Source: Octopus vulgaris
Taxonomy: Eukaryota
Length of the DNA: 64,000 nucleotides
NCBI GenBank assembly: GCA_951406725.2
Contig: OX597830.1
Span: 47,988,001 to 48,052,000 of the forward strand
Direction: 5' to 3'
Positions 1 through 17,638 of this stretch are shown one piece after another (position 1 is the stretch's first letter; each line of letters opens with the position of its first letter). A model generated the notes under the pieces. The model did not search any database. It worked only from the letters and a program-made list of their open reading frames with translations, and was not told where the DNA came from. The position numbers and the translations under genes are program-made.

Positions 1-242
1 AGATCATATTTTGTACATTTCCAGATTTTTTTAAATTTTATTAAGAACACGGTTTAATAATTATCGTGACATCGTAAGTCACACATAAGTCCCTTTTCGT
101 TTTAAAATGCCATACAATGTACAATATATAGTGATTCCAATAATTTTGAGCAACAATGCTATTCCCATACATTTAAAGGTTTATCATAATATTCTGTAAC
201 CCTTTTGAACGAGCGAATTTTTCAATTTTAGTATACGAATAA

Positions 243-842
243 GGCGGCGAGCCGGCAGATTCGTTAGCACGCCAGGCGAAATGCATAGCTGTATTTCGTC
301 TGCCGTAACGTTCTGAGTTCAAATTTCACCGAGGTCGACTTTGCCTTTCATCCTTTTGGGGTCGATTAAATAAGTACTAGTCATGCACTGGGGTCAATAT
401 AATCGACTTAATCCATTTGCCTGTCCTTGTTTGTCCTCTCTGTGTTTAGCCCTTTGTGGGTAGTAAAGAAATAGGTATTTCGTCTGCCGTTACGCTCTGA
501 GTTCAAATTCCGCTGAGGTCGACTTTGTCTTTCATCATTTCGGGGTCGATGAATCAAGTACCAGTTACGCACTGGGGTCGATATAATCGACTTAATCCGT
601 CCGTTTGTCTGTCCTTGTCTGTCCTTTCTGTGTTTAGCCCCTTGTGGGTAGAAAAGAAATAGGTATTTCGTCTGCCGTTGGGTTCTGAGTTCAAATTCCG
701 CCGAGGTCGACTTTACCTTTCATCCTTCCCTGGTCGATAAATTAAGTCCCAGTTGCGCACTGTGGCCGATATAATGAACTGTTCCCCCCCCAACACCACC
801 ACCACAAAATTTTGGGCCTTGTTCCTAGATTAGAAAAGGATT
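243..842 (+). mobile_element. tRNA-derived SINE (family 1) expanded into a head plus 3-unit tandem array (~186-188 bp period)
   Basis: Head GGCGGCGAGCCGGCAGATTCGTTAG (A-box-like) and B-box-like GAGTTCAAATT in each unit. Units restart at GTATTTCGTCTGCCG (~290, ~476, ~664). The first two units end in ...TGTGGGTAG(T/A)AAAGAAATA; the last has a different tail (...GGGCCTTGTTCCTAGATTAGAAAAGGATT). Confidence 0.85.
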
Positions 843-1887
843 CTTGTATATGAATGTGTGTATGCACGTATGTTTGTCTGTACCTAGAGTATGTATGCGT
901 GACTGAAAAAATGAAAGCATCTGCTTCACTTCCGGTCAGGGAAACCCCATAAGATATTTGATTCAAGTTATTAATCAGAAAGAGTTAAAAGAAACAATCA
1001 AATTCAATTTGTCGCCTGCTAAAAATAATTTTATATTGAAGTATATTTAAATAGGAACAGAGGAGAAGGGAGCTGAATACGACGACTTTAATATTTTTGA
1101 TAACATGACCACCAATTAAGAACCGATTTTGGATAAATATCTTGGTCTTCTATAATAATTCCATTCAAATTTCGGGCCCTCTAAATGAATGTTAAAGTGA
1201 ATTCGAGGAAGAATGAAATAGCAAATTTGATTTGAGTGGGATATGAACTTAAGATGGGAAGGATCGTAACTAAATACTGGATGCGATTTTGTCTCTCACA
1301 TTATTGATTCTGCCTATCCTTGAACTAAATCGAACATCTTAAACTGAAACATGATTGTAAGATGAAAAGGAAAAGCCCTGCCTATTTGCGTGTTAATAAT
1401 TCATCGGCCGATCAATTTCATATTTTTGCATTCGTTCTATAGTTTAATGATTTCTAACTTTGAGCCAAGGACACGTGTTTGTAGGGAAGGTGTCCAGAAC
1501 ATAAAAAAATTCAAGCAACCAACCCACAAGGACTCAAACCACAGGCTTGTTGACAAATAGTTCTGTCAAAATCCAAACAATGAGGTTTAAAAGGTAATAA
1601 GTGAATATAAACAGGTGCATACAGGCTACACTTTCAAATAAAAACTATGATCACAAAAAATGGCTTCAAAATGTGAATAAATAAATACGAGTTTGAAACG
1701 TGACAACGCGATCGATAATGTTGTTTTTCGACACTTGGCGTTATCTGTATTATTCTGTTGTTTTATATCTAAGGGTGTAACTTAGGAACCAATTCGACAT
1801 AATCTGATAGAGATAGAAAAAGGATATTTATATTGTTCAAAAGAAAAAGTCAGACATAATGAAATAGCTGATATTAATATGATATGT

Positions 1888-4575
<2,688 letters not shown>

Positions 4576-4769
4576 TTATACGATGGGCTTCTTTTACTTT
4601 CCTTCCACCAAATCCACTCACATGGTTTATTCACCCAATAAAAATGTTTGATATGAAACGATTTTAAATTTAATATATGAAACCAGTGTATCTTGGATAA
4701 ATATCCTTATAAGAGGTTTGAATATCCTCATTGTGACTATATAATATATATATATGCATACAACCGTTT

Positions 4770-4929
4770 TCTCTTGGGTTCGTGCTGCAAATTCACTCAC
4801 AAAGTTTTGGTTGGCCCGACACTTATAATACAAGATGCTTACCCAAGGTACCACGCAGTGGTGCCGAAACAGGAATCGAAATCGAAACCATGTGGTCGGG
4901 AAGCAAATCTCTTATCTCATAGCCATACT
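4770..4929 (-). mobile_element. SINE family 2, decayed 5' part
   Basis: Reverse complement resembles the head of the 8156 copy (TGGCT.TG..GTAAG...CACATGGTT...ACCTTGGG.AAG). Confidence 0.7.
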
Positions 4930-5289
4930 AAAAAAGGAATCCTCTTATAGCCATCACTGGAATGCCTTTCTTTGGATTTAAACTGGAGTTTTGATAACAC
5001 AGTGATAACATGTTCGTAAAGGTTTCCTAATTTGACTGGCTAGAAATAGCTGCCAATTTCTTTTAATTCACACCAAAGTATCTTTAAAGAGAATATTAAA
5101 AGAGGAATGAGCAAGACTCAGATACCGGAATGTCGCCGTTTAAAATTTGTCTTCATAGAGAATCTTGATAACCTTGTTATCATTGTGTTTTCATTGCTCC
5201 GGTTCACCTCGACCGTCTACTTTATATAAAACCAATGAAAGGAGTCGATTTTTAGAGTAACATCGACATTGAGTAATCCTTTCTCCTGG

Positions 5290-5490
5290 AGGCACAACGG
5301 CTTAGATTTGTGGGGTGTGGGCTAGTCGATTACATGGACCTCAGTATTCATCTGATACTTAATTTATCGACGCGGAAGGGATGAAAGGTAAAGTCGACAT
5401 CGGTGGAATTTGAACTCAGAACGTAGCGACGGGGTAAACACCGCTACGCTTTCCGTCCGGCGGGCTAACGATTTTGCCAGCTCACCGACT
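5290..5490 (-). mobile_element. SINE family 1 monomer
   Basis: Reverse complement of head and body: AAAGTCGACATCGGTGGAATTTGAACTCAGAACG...TGCCAGCTCACCG. Confidence 0.8.
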
Positions 5491-5959
5491 TATCGTTACT
5501 AAATAACAAGAGCTCCAATGCATCAGATCTGTTGTTTACCAAGTTCACGTTTCATGATTGTTAGAGAAATAATTGATGGAATTTGATAAACATGAGTGTA
5601 TACTAACAACGGAAGAAGATATAACAACAACAACAACAATAATGATAATAATAATAATATTAATAATAACAATAATAATAAGACTAGTAATAGTTGTTGT
5701 TGTTGTTGTTGTTGATGCTGCTGCTGTCATTTTGGTCACCTTGTGTGAATGTGTGGGAGTTACAAAAAAAGAATAATAATGATCTACCACCATTATCATC
5801 ATCACTATCAACATGATCATCATCATCATCGTACCTATTTGAATCACCATCGTCTTCATAGTGATTGAGAAACCGCTGCTACTCTTACTACTACTATAAC
5901 TACCACTACAACTAGTGATGATGATGATGATGATGATGATGATGAGGTCCTACTCCCCA

Positions 5960-5999
5960 CCAATGACGCAAAACAAATATCCTTCAGACCAATATAAAA
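5960..5999 (+). promoter_or_regulatory. Candidate core promoter of PAN gene A (CCAAT, TGACGCA CRE-like site, TATAAAA)
   Basis: CCAAT at 5960 and 5989, TGACGCA 5964-5970, TATAAAA 5993-5999, about 100 bp upstream of ATG 6099. Confidence 0.5.
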
Positions 6000-6098
6000 C
6001 AGACAGCGATGTCGAGAGAATATATTTTTACAATTTCCTCTCAGGCACTCAACACTCAACGGTTCGCTCTGCAGTTTCAAGACTTTCAACGTTTCAAA

Positions 6099-6135
6099 AT
6101 GCTCAAACTATTTCGCAGGTTGTCCTCCATTTTTG
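6099..6135 (+). CDS. PAN gene A exon 1 (signal peptide N-part, MLKLFRRLSSIF)
   Basis: AAAATG start, donor G|GTAAGC at 6136, phase 1. Joins exon 2 in frame to give MLKLFRRLSSIFVLFYISLTFG-NG. Not alignable to gene B exon 1, so less certain. Confidence 0.6.
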
Positions 6136-7083
6136 GTAAGCTAAATATTCTTACATTTCTCTCCACGCATTCCCAGTTTTCTTTTAAAATCAAACTCAAT
6201 GGCAGTTTTAATGTGTTCCATAATAATATTTAGTGATTGTGTATAAATACGATGTTTTCTCTATAAAGTGATTCTGTACAAAACTAGCGCTACACGAAGG
6301 AATTTCACAATCATTTCCAAAATGATAAAATTGTTGGAATCCTGTAAGAAAACTGCAAAAATATGAAATTTCTTTGGAAATTATTTGTTCTTTTATCTTT
6401 TACTTGTTCCATTCATTAGAGTGTGGCCATGCTGGGGCATCGCCTTGAAGCATGAACTGATCGCAGTATTTATCGTTTTTCAAGCTCAATACTTATAAAT
6501 TCGGTCTCTAAACACACCAACATTGGTTGTCACACGGTGTTGAGGGGGGCGCACGCGCATGCACACGCGCGCACCCCCACTCGCACACAACCATACACAC
6601 ACGCGCACACACATACACACACGTCTAACGTAATTAATAGCAACAGAAGCTGTCTAACTACCAAAAGGTAATATTTGTCTCATACCTTAAAGTAGATGTT
6701 GTGTTAGAACACAGGATACTGAGTAACATTCCATGAGAGAACCTCTCGTAAGAGAGAGATTTATCTAAATTAACCCCAGTTTTATTGTCATTCAACGTAA
6801 ATGAAGGGGAAAATGTGACTTTAGTATTTGAAGCAAAAGGGGAAAATCGAAGCAATGCCGTCTGAGAACAATGAGCGCGTGTCGGATTGATTATGCGCCT
6901 CATAACTCACTGGATGGATGGTTGATAATATGATAATATCTAGTCCTGAAAAAGCGAGATATAATGCGTGAACATCATCATTTGGCAGTGTGTGTGATTG
7001 TTAATTTCATATACCAAGACCAAACCTGTTTATTTGCATCACTGTCTCTCTCACTGTATTATGTATGTATGTGTGCATGTGTG

Positions 7084-7740
<657 letters not shown>

Positions 7741-8155
7741 TATTATGTATGTTATCAATGTATTATGTGTGTATATATATATATATATATATGTTTTGTA
7801 TGTATGTAATGTATGTATGTATTTAAGTATGTATTTATGTATGTTACGTACGTTATATCAGGTCGCTCCTGTGTTCTACTGGTATCATGTCATCCAGTAC
7901 AACCTGTCGCATGGTGGGGCCGTCGGCGACTAAACTGGCAACCCCACCAGGCGTGCTTGGTGTGGAGGGTGTTGGACATCATGCTAGATGAAAAATAAGA
8001 CCCGTCAAATGTTGAAGGAACTCGTGAACAGTCAATTTCTTTATTCACCATATAAGGTTAAGAAAAAGAGGAGACGATACGAGGAGACAAAACAATATTT
8101 GGGGTCAGGGGATCGAATGGAACGAAACGTATGAATAGAAAATCTAAATATATAC

Positions 8156-8560
8156 GAGTGGCTGTGTGGTAAGTAGCTTGCTTACCAATCACATGGTTCC
8201 GGATTCAGTCCCACCGCATGGCACCTTGGGCAAGTGTCTTCTACTATAGCCTCGGGCCGACCAAAGCCCTGTGAGTGGATTTGGTAGACGGAAACTGAAA
8301 GAAGCCCGTCGTATATATGTATATATCTATGTGTGTGCGTGTGTGTTTGTGTGTCTGTGTTTGTCCCCCTAGCATTGCTTGACAACCGATGCTGGTGTGT
8401 TTATGTCCTCGTCACTTAGCGGTTCGGCGAAAGAGACCGACAGAATAAGTACTGGGCTTACAAAGAATAAATCCCGGGGTCGAGTTGCTCGACTAAAGGC
8501 GGTGCTCCAGCATGGCCGCAGTCAAATGACTGTAAATGACAAGTAAAAGAGTAAAAGAGT
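8156..8560 (+). mobile_element. tRNA-derived SINE family 2, near full length
   Basis: GTGGCTGTGTGGTAAG A-box-like, GGATTCAGTCCC B-box-like, central GGCACCTTGGGCAAG, internal (TG)n, tail (GTAAAAGA)2-3. Confidence 0.85.
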
Positions 8561-8579
8561 AATTAAATGAGAATGAATG

Positions 8580-10290
8580 ATTAACAAAAAATGAAGCGGA
8601 GGATGCGGTCGACACCCTCACCTTGAAGACTTTGTTTTTTCCTTTTTTTGTCCTCGCTTAAGCAGGATCTTTCACTCGCAACATACTTGCTACTGACTTC
8701 CATCTCTTACGCGACACACTTTGCAACAGGCATTTCTTTTCCAGCCTTATTTTCCTTTCCTTGTGGAAAAGGAAGCAGTTGACTAAGCCGAGGCTTGAGA
8801 CGAAAATGTCTGTCGCAATTCCTTTCACTCTCGTCTTCCATACTACCTCTTTCACAACAGCAACTACCGAGAGAAAACAAGCTCGCTCCTCCCTATTCAG
8901 ATAGGGCAGCGGAATTATCTTAATTACAGATTCGTTCGACAGTTGTACTCTTCTCGAATACGACAGTAGTTGTTCGACATAAGCCCAGAGCTCAGTCACC
9001 TTGAGGCATTGCACAATCGCGTGCAGGTCAGTTTCACTGTCCTGCTCGCATCTTGCACAAACCGGCGAAGGCGCACACCCGTGTTTAAAGAGCTTATTTC
9101 GAACCGGTAAAGCTCCTCTTTAACATTTCCAAGCCAGAGACTTTTAGTAATTATCCATAGGTCCCGGCCCGAAGGCTCTTCGGAATAGGTTGGCGAGTCG
9201 ATCTTCGTCGAAGCCTAGGATTCCCAGGAGGTCGTCACACTTGAACTCTACTAACCCTCAATAAGAAAGACGAGGTAGTACCCCTGCTTCCGGCGTTGTC
9301 CGATTGGGAGTGAAGCACGAGTGCCTGATGGCACTCTGCTTGCCACGCACCCAACCTCGTTCTACGCTTGATCCATGGGCCCAGTTCAGTAAAAGATGTG
9401 AACTATGGAAATACCAGCTTGACGAACGGAAGCTACACCTGCTCACCGTCCAGGAAAAACCAGGGGTGCCTAAGCTTCAGCGCATGTCTGCGCATTTTTA
9501 GCTACGGCATCCCGAGCCTACCCTTCAGCGGCTTTTGACAGCAGATTGAGTGCCTTACAAGAGATCTGCTGCCCCTTCACAAGAAGCGGAAGAGCATGTG
9601 TTCCATCTTGTTTAACCACGAATCGGGACATGGCACGACGGTCAGGTGGTAGGTGATTACAGAGGTAATAAACACCTCTGCAACCCTCGCCCTCCCTTTC
9701 AAGGACGGTCTCCGCTCAGACCAGGTCTGAATTAGGAGATCCACCTTGCTCGCACCTCGCTCCAATTTTTCTCCATCTGGAGATCTGGACCAAACCAGAC
9801 TCCAAGCTTTTTCACCGGCCCCTCTGTTCAACGTCCCACGACGCTGTCGGAAAGCATCGACTTGCCCCTTCAGGTGCCGATTTGCAAGCCGAACGATTTA
9901 TCCCGGTTAATTTTCGCCGCTGCCACCGCTTCGTAATCTCTTAAGGCCTCACCTATCCGCTGTAGATGCTCGATCCGGGATACGATGACAGTGGTGTCGT
10001 CCGCGTATGCCAAAGTTGACTTTCTACACCCTAGATCTTGCAGAGCCTCTAACTTCCTCAGCAATGGCTCGAGGGCCAAGACATAGAGAAGCGGAGAGAG
10101 AGAGCGCCATTGATGTATCGATCGTTCAATGCAGAGCGGCTCCGAAAAGAAACCGTTCACCCGAACTACCGATTCGATGTCGCTGTATAAAGCGGTGATC
10201 TATCCAAGGGAGGTCGGGCCGAAGCCAGCCACCGCGAGGACCGCCACCAGATATTAATGGTCTACCCTATTGAACGCTTTGGATTGGTCT
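8580..10290 (-). mobile_element. Tx1-clade LINE fragment (3' half of RT plus C-terminal zinc knuckle)
   Basis: LDQSKAFNRVD, LSPLLYVLALEPLLR, LAYADD, SLKGRARVAEVF, CARC...HAIVQC; homologous to the 18926-21508 ORFs. Confidence 0.9.
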
Positions 10291-10292
10291 AA

Positions 10293-11068
<776 letters not shown>

Positions 11069-12591
11069 TTATTATGCATAAATGAATATACCTTTGGATG
11101 TATTTCCTTTGAGAGTTTTAATTCAAATTTCATTTTCTTGCAAATATATGAATATATTTTGTATATTTTATTGGATCAGTTAATGTCTAGAGAATGTGTT
11201 GTGATACATTGTTTACTTGTGATTGTTTGCAGTGTGTGTTGTGTAAAATATAAACATTTTATTGGCCAGTGATTATATATGGAATGTGATGCATGCAGAG
11301 AATGGAACCATTTGAGATGGACGACTAAATTGAAAGTGGCTTGCGTACGATGTGAGCCGAGTTTAGTTGGATTATCTTTTGGATGGAGAATAACGTTGAC
11401 ATGGGATTTACGATTTTCTTTATATTTTTATCATACCTTGTGATTCAATTATTATTGATATCGTTTTCATATTCATACCTGCTTCCTGATCATTTTAAAT
11501 TCATGAAACCTGAACATTTGCAGTTTCTACCCCTCTCACTGGAAATGCTTCGACAACAAAATGATTGAAATATCAATCAGAGTACAGATATCATTGTTTC
11601 ATTCTTTGGCAAATTATTTTTGCACAGTTCTCCTTGATGTCTTTATCTGTCATTCCGCAGTTAATTGTGGTCGGGTCGTTATAATGGATTCTGTTTGCTG
11701 TTTTATCATTTCTTATCCGTTCTTTTCTTCAAATTGCGATCCATGGACATATATTCCTGTCTGGGAACATTATTGGTCTTGGCAAAGGAACGGATCACCG
11801 GAAAGGATGTGGTCAACTCTCTCATTATGTTTTTCGTTGTATAATCTATGTTCCGCATACAGAAGTCAGTCCTAAAAAGTTCTCCAATAAGTACGTATTA
11901 GGCTACATTTCGCTGCGGATGTCTGATAAGTCCAAAACATGTCCGGATTTAACCCCAAACCTACTAAAAATTAGATTCGTTCCCCACTGCTTACCTCTAC
12001 ATTATTTTTAATCAATTTCAATTTCAGAATTTCTCTCCCTTCCATCTCTTGACAACGGTCATCATTTAATCAGATAATTTCCCCCCTCTTCATTACATGC
12101 ATAATTTCAATTAATTAAATATTCTTCTTGGTTCACCACATTCGCTCTTTATCCCGCTCTTAATATACGTAATACTTTCACTAAAGACTCTGAAGTGTCT
12201 AGAATGTTCTCTTCCAAGAAATACTGAGGCTTCCTATCCCGTTTGAAACTAATAGAATTTTTTTTTTATTTCTTCATCTCTCCCTTTTTCTATTTTTGCT
12301 CCTCTCTCTTTTTATCTCACCCTCACTCCTCCTATCCCTCTCTCTTCTGTTCCCTCTCTTTCTATCCCTCTCCAATTTATCGCACTCCCTCATTATTTCA
12401 ATGGATAATTTCATGGTGATGTAGTGGTGATCATCGCCGTATTTGTTACTGAATTATGCTTGTAGCACTTCTCTTTCTTATTCCTTTCATCTTTATTGTT
12501 TGTAAATTAATGTTAAACGCGAATATGAAATATGAAATTTTTTTACAAAATAATATGAAATAGGAAATTTTTTACAAAATTTTCGTTGCAG

Positions 12592-12627
12592 TTCTCTTCT
12601 ACATCTCACTGACATTTGGAAATGGAC
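12592..12627 (+). CDS. PAN gene A exon 2 (36-bp microexon, signal peptide C-part LFYISLTFGNG)
   Basis: TTGCAG| acceptor, |GTAAGT donor, phase 1-1; identical copy at 43492-43527. Confidence 0.8.
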
Positions 12628-13190
12628 GTAAGTAAACTTATATCAATATATAGACCTATATCTATGAAAATTATGAAAATCACTACTCAAAACTTTAATT
12701 TATAAGTTCAGTGGAAGAAAATATTTTCCTTCTCTAAGTAAATTAGATGAAAAGAAAACTCAAGATAAATCTCGTATTATGACGAATTCAATTCTTAACA
12801 TAATTTCCATTGGTGATAATTCAGTTTTCCGTCAGTTTGTAAGCATTTTGTTAAATAAAACAAAAAGTGCTGGTATTAGGGGACATTCTTTACAACAGAC
12901 AACCGTTAAACATTATAGTATATAATATGTGAATCATTTAAAGAATAGAATTAATTAAACAACATTTAAGACTCATTCGCAGTCATTTTCATTAAACAGA
13001 TTATATATCCCAAGATGCTTTGTACCTACAATATGGTAGTAACAACTTTATTCACTTCTTCCTGGTAAAAATATCAATGCTGATCCTCACACATTTAATA
13101 TTCTCTATCTTTATTATTATTATCTATTTTCACAATGTTTTATTTTCGTCTTCGTATTTTGGTTGTTTAATTTGCCTGGCTTTGTTACAG

Positions 13191-13448
13191 TTGAATATCT
13201 GAAGTATTTTATGAAAGTACCAAAATGTGATCTGAAAGATGCCAAAATATTGATGACATTTGACGTGGATGCCTTCAACTGTTCGAAGAGTTGTTTTGAA
13301 ACTTTTGCATGTAAATCCTTCGTGAGCAGGACGATAAGTCCAAGCTGTATTTTATACGAAGAAGACTCAACAGAGAGGATGCTAATAAAAATAACTAATA
13401 CCCATTTTTATCAGTTGAGAAGATCTGTGCCGACCAAGTATAGAGACG
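13191..13448 (+). CDS. PAN gene A exon 3, PAN/Apple domain 1
   Basis: TTACAG| acceptor, |GTAAAC donor, 258 bp, phase 1-1; CSKSCFETFACKSF...SCILYEE fits the PAN core CxxxCx5CxxFx(n)CxL. Confidence 0.88.
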
Positions 13449-14057
13449 GTAAACAAATTTGAATCTTTTTGTGTTTATTTCATTCCTTGACACTTGTATT
13501 CTATGTTTTAGTCCAATGAGAAACAATACGGTTAGCATTTAAAAATTGACTGCGATTTCTCTGGTCGATGTAGATAAGCGTGAGTTGAAAAATAATTGTT
13601 TGTAGAGTTTTCATTCCGGAGAGTTAAAGTTCTAATAAAGTTTTTAGTGATGTGTTTAGCAGAAAATTTAGAAACGGATTGAGACACAAGATTACCGAGG
13701 AGGGAAGAGAAAATGTAAAGTTTTATAAGACCGTTTTGTCATGTGACTCTCAGAGAATATTCTCAATATATTTGATGAAAATAATGCATGTCTGGTGGGT
13801 AATATTTGTGTATGGATGACATCAGTTTGTGAGGGAGACGAAAAGGGATCTTATAATAAAACAGAATATGATAAGAGTTTTTAAAATTACGCACAATAAT
13901 TACACAAGATGCTTAACTGAATGTGTAAAACATATTTTGTTTTTTAAAATATAAATCGAAGAAAATGGGGAAAAAAGTAGGGTAACTTACTCACAAATGA
14001 ATGAAAACCCTCAAACTGGATCAAAACAGAATTGCCCACAATCCTGAGTAACACTCT

Positions 14058-14101
<44 letters not shown>

Positions 14102-14223
14102 ATATCACTTTTTCTATATCTCTTCTCTTTCTCTCTCTCTTTCTTTCTCTTTCTCTCTCACTCATTCATTCTCTCTCCCCTCCCCCTCTCTCTCTCTTTC
14201 TTTTCTATATCTGTCATTCATGT

Positions 14224-15290
14224 CCAGAGTGCCCCAGAAAGATTTACCCGTGTGTAAACTCTTCCTAAAGAATATCGGTTCAGGTAATATCTACATTTAA
14301 CGTAAAGATTTGCTTATGTCTTTTGTTCATGTTTCTATTGTTTCGTTCGTCTAAAACTGGTTTGCAAACAAACATGGCGTCGAAAGTAAAAACATGACCA
14401 GATTGTCGCTTTGAGAGCAGCTAGAGTGAGCAACGATGACATAACAAAACGGTTGAATGTGCGTCGTAAACAGTGTTCAATACCTGGAAACAATATATGG
14501 AGTCCACTACAACTTCTAGCAAGCCAATTCCTGGTAGGAAGCGAGCAATTGAAATGTTGAAGCTGTGAAGAAACGAATGAACGGAAATCCCCGCAGGATG
14601 CAAGAAAAGCTGCAAAAGCTCTCTTAATATTTCGAAATCGTCAATGAACAGGATTTTTAAAGTGGATTTAAAACTTGCTGCAAAAAAGAAACAATCCAAG
14701 CGGTCAATTTCAGCAACATCCAAGAAGAAACGTCTCGACAGGGGTAAAACTATGTTAGCTGAGATGAAGCGTGCCACTAACAAAGTGTTGATATGGTCTG
14801 ATGAGAAACTATTCATCGCGGAGGCAGTTTCCAATAGAATGACAGGCTTTATGCACATAATGCAGGGGACTTGCCCGATAGTAACAGGATTCATATACGC
14901 CATCAGAAGACAGCTTCTCTCATAGTGTGGGTTACAGATGCATCAGATGGGTCCAAGTCTCCATCGATCTTCATCGATTCTGGGCGTCAAGGATAACAGT
15001 CAAGTTTATTTGGAAATGTTGGATGAGATAGTGTTGCCCTGGATCACAGAAACAGTTGGTGACCGTTACACCTTCACTCTAGACAGGGCTCCGGTCCACA
15101 CATTCAATTTGATACAGAGGTGTTTTAAAGAGCATTTCAACGGTTTTGGAGATAAGAAAATATGGCCTCTCCTAAGTCTGGACGTCAATCCCATGGACTT
15201 TGCAATTTGGGGTGTCTGAGAGAGCAGTGTTTCTGCACGTTCCTATTCAAATGTGTCAGAGCTCAAGAGAGATCTTCTGTCTTTATGGGT
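14224..15290 (+). mobile_element. Decayed Tc1/mariner-superfamily transposon (possibly maT-like)
   Basis: LIWSDEKLF, FTLDRAPVHT (QQDGAPAH-like), WPLLSLDVNPMDFAIWG (WPPxSPDLNP-like); frameshifted. Confidence 0.85.
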
Positions 15291-15399
15291 CAATTTCTTA
15301 ATTGCTTTTTTTTCTCCCTTTCTGTATATATCATTATGTCTTCTTGGGTTTCTATATTTCTTAACGTATCTTGGATTTCATTCAGCCACTCCGCTTCAT

Positions 15400-15745
15400 C
15401 ACTGAATATTTACCTGATTATCATGGCCTTGCCAAGGAGGAAAACCTTTTGTTAAAGTTCTACTGTGCCCTTTTTCCGGTGTCTTTTATACCTCTCATGG
15501 TTCCTTCTGATAATGTCCCCAAGGATCCAGCAATAATTGGGACTATCTTCACCTTCTTCATTTCCCATAACCGAGGTTTTTCGTACTTAAGAGGGTTGTA
15601 TTTATTTATTTTATCGCCTTCCTTCTTGACTGTTCGTGAGTCAAAGGAGTGTGGAGCATCAACGATATAGCATATGCGGTCCACCACCACTATGTCCGGT
15701 CTGTTAGCTCTAGCACTTGATCTGTTTGGATTAAGAAATCCCACG
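15400..15745 (-). mobile_element. R4/Dong-like LINE endonuclease fragment
   Basis: NRPDIVVVD...KINKY...WEMKKVKIVPIIAGSLG (restriction-like endonuclease, PD-type motif). Confidence 0.8.
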
Positions 15746-15869
15746 TGATTTTGCTAGTCTCCGACTCCACCACTCGAACAGGATAGCCAATCTCACCCAG
15801 AAATGGGTAGAGAAGAAATTGTCCCCGAAAGCTTGGGTGGAGGTGGCGCATGCATACATAGCTTCCCTC

Positions 15870-17128
15870 ATCTATTATCACCTGACAGTAGTCCATTGCC
15901 CTGCTTTGAAACTGACCAAGCTAGAACGCTTAATATCCGGCCTTCTGTGGAAAGAACGTCTTCCCCTCGTCATACGGTTCATCTGCTATTAACAGCCACA
16001 GAGTGGAGGACCGGGCGTGCTGTGGCTAATGATGCACAGATGTGCGCTGAGGCTACAACATCTCCAGCATTTTCTTAACGGTGAACAGATGTGGTCACCG
16101 TGTGTCAAGTAGGATTTTCTGCTGCTCATCTCATTGACGGAGTTATAGTACTCAATCAAACGTAGACCCAGAAAGGACGCGTGGAACGTGGAGTGTCAGC
16201 AGCGCTCACAGCTTCCTGTCAGTCGGGCAGCGCGGTCAGAGGAAGTTCCACTGCTGAGTTCTATAGGGGATTAGTAGCGGGTAAGAATCACGTCGGCCTT
16301 GTGGAAACTGGGCGACGGAAGGGATCAACTAACTGATCTTTTCCGGAGGACTATCAGGCCGAATCGTATGGATAACTTCCAAAGTTCTATGGCCTGGCTG
16401 TGCTATCGGGGAGCTCTGCCGGCTCCAAACGATCTCTGCAGATACAAAAGTGCTGTCAATCTGGTTTGTTCGAGGTGTGCGCAGAACGACAAAACCGTCC
16501 TGCACGCACTCATTCATTGTCTGGGCATTACTGACTAGTGCAGCTTTGTCAAACGGCTGTTATCGCGTGTAGGACAGATCCGGTTATCATCTGAGTCCAT
16601 CGTGAAGATCGCCCCGATGACGCCTTCCTTTGGCCAGGAAGAAAAGACAGTTTTCCTCTGTCTGGTGGCTATGGTGAAGGCGGTGGACGAAACTGAGAGG
16701 ACTGAAGGCAAATGCTTTCCTCTTGGGCCAAACCCTCATCGACATTTTCAAGTTCCACTTAAAAAGGTAAGTGAGGGTAGAGAGGGAAGTTCTGCTCCCC
16801 AGTAAATTTGATGAAAGGTGGGTGTATGTGGTGAGGATGGTCCGAGTAAAGGGGCCTGCTCTGAACTTTCTTTTGTAAACCGGAGGGGTTGAGAAGGAGA
16901 AAGGCGCCTTCTGAGTAGCACTGGCGGTCGGAATAACCAGGTAGTGTGGGGGGTCTGCGGTTGTCTTTGTGAGGAGCTAACCCCTTTTGGGGAATTTTTA
17001 TTGTTCAATTTCTTTTTGTTATTTATTTTCTGTTACTTATTGCATACACGGCATTGTGCAACACCCCACTTGTCCCTTTGTGTTGTATTGTCCCTATTTT
17101 TATAAGAAAGGTCCGATATAAAAAAGTA
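15870..17128 (+). mobile_element. Tx1-clade LINE 3' fragment ending at (ATT)n
   Basis: YHLTVVHCP, MDNFQSSMAWLCYRGALP, CSRC...TVLHALIHC; followed by (ATT)n 17128-17192. Confidence 0.85.
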
Positions 17129-17150
17129 TTACTATTATTACTATTATTAA

Positions 17151-17184
<34 letters not shown>

Positions 17185-17277
17185 ATTATTATATGAAAAT
17201 TCACAACTTATTTTGCTAGGTATGATGGAATGTGTCAGCTGTCCACAAGCAGCGGACTAAGGTGACACATATTTACC

Positions 17278-17460
17278 GGTCATGCTTCAAGAACCCTGCG
17301 AAAAATTCTTGTAGTTCCAAGCAATGGTGAAATTTGTAGGCGTTCTACCTTCACACTTGCACCGATCTTTTTCAGCCATGTTGGTAGTTGAGTACTGATA
17401 CTTCGAACTGCATCAATTACCCTGGGTATCACGTCTACCCTCCTCATTAACCACAACATT
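17278..17460 (-). mobile_element. R4/Dong-like LINE C-terminal fragment
   Basis: LWLMRRVDVIP...LQISPLLGTTRIFRRVLEA, the typical C-terminus of these elements. Confidence 0.75.
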
Positions 17461-17480
17461 ATTATTATTATTATTGTTGC

Positions 17481-17555
<75 letters not shown>

Positions 17556-17598
17556 CATTATTATTATTCTTATATTATTATTATTATTATTATTATTA

Positions 17599-17638
<40 letters not shown>

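Noticed and set aside
243-330. tRNA gene
   Set aside because: A/B-box-like motifs belong to a SINE head; no convincing cloverleaf.
11197-12160. Possible solo LTR followed by a Penelope-like remnant
   Set aside because: TGT...ACA ends lack a TSD and the protein motifs are too degraded to support a call.
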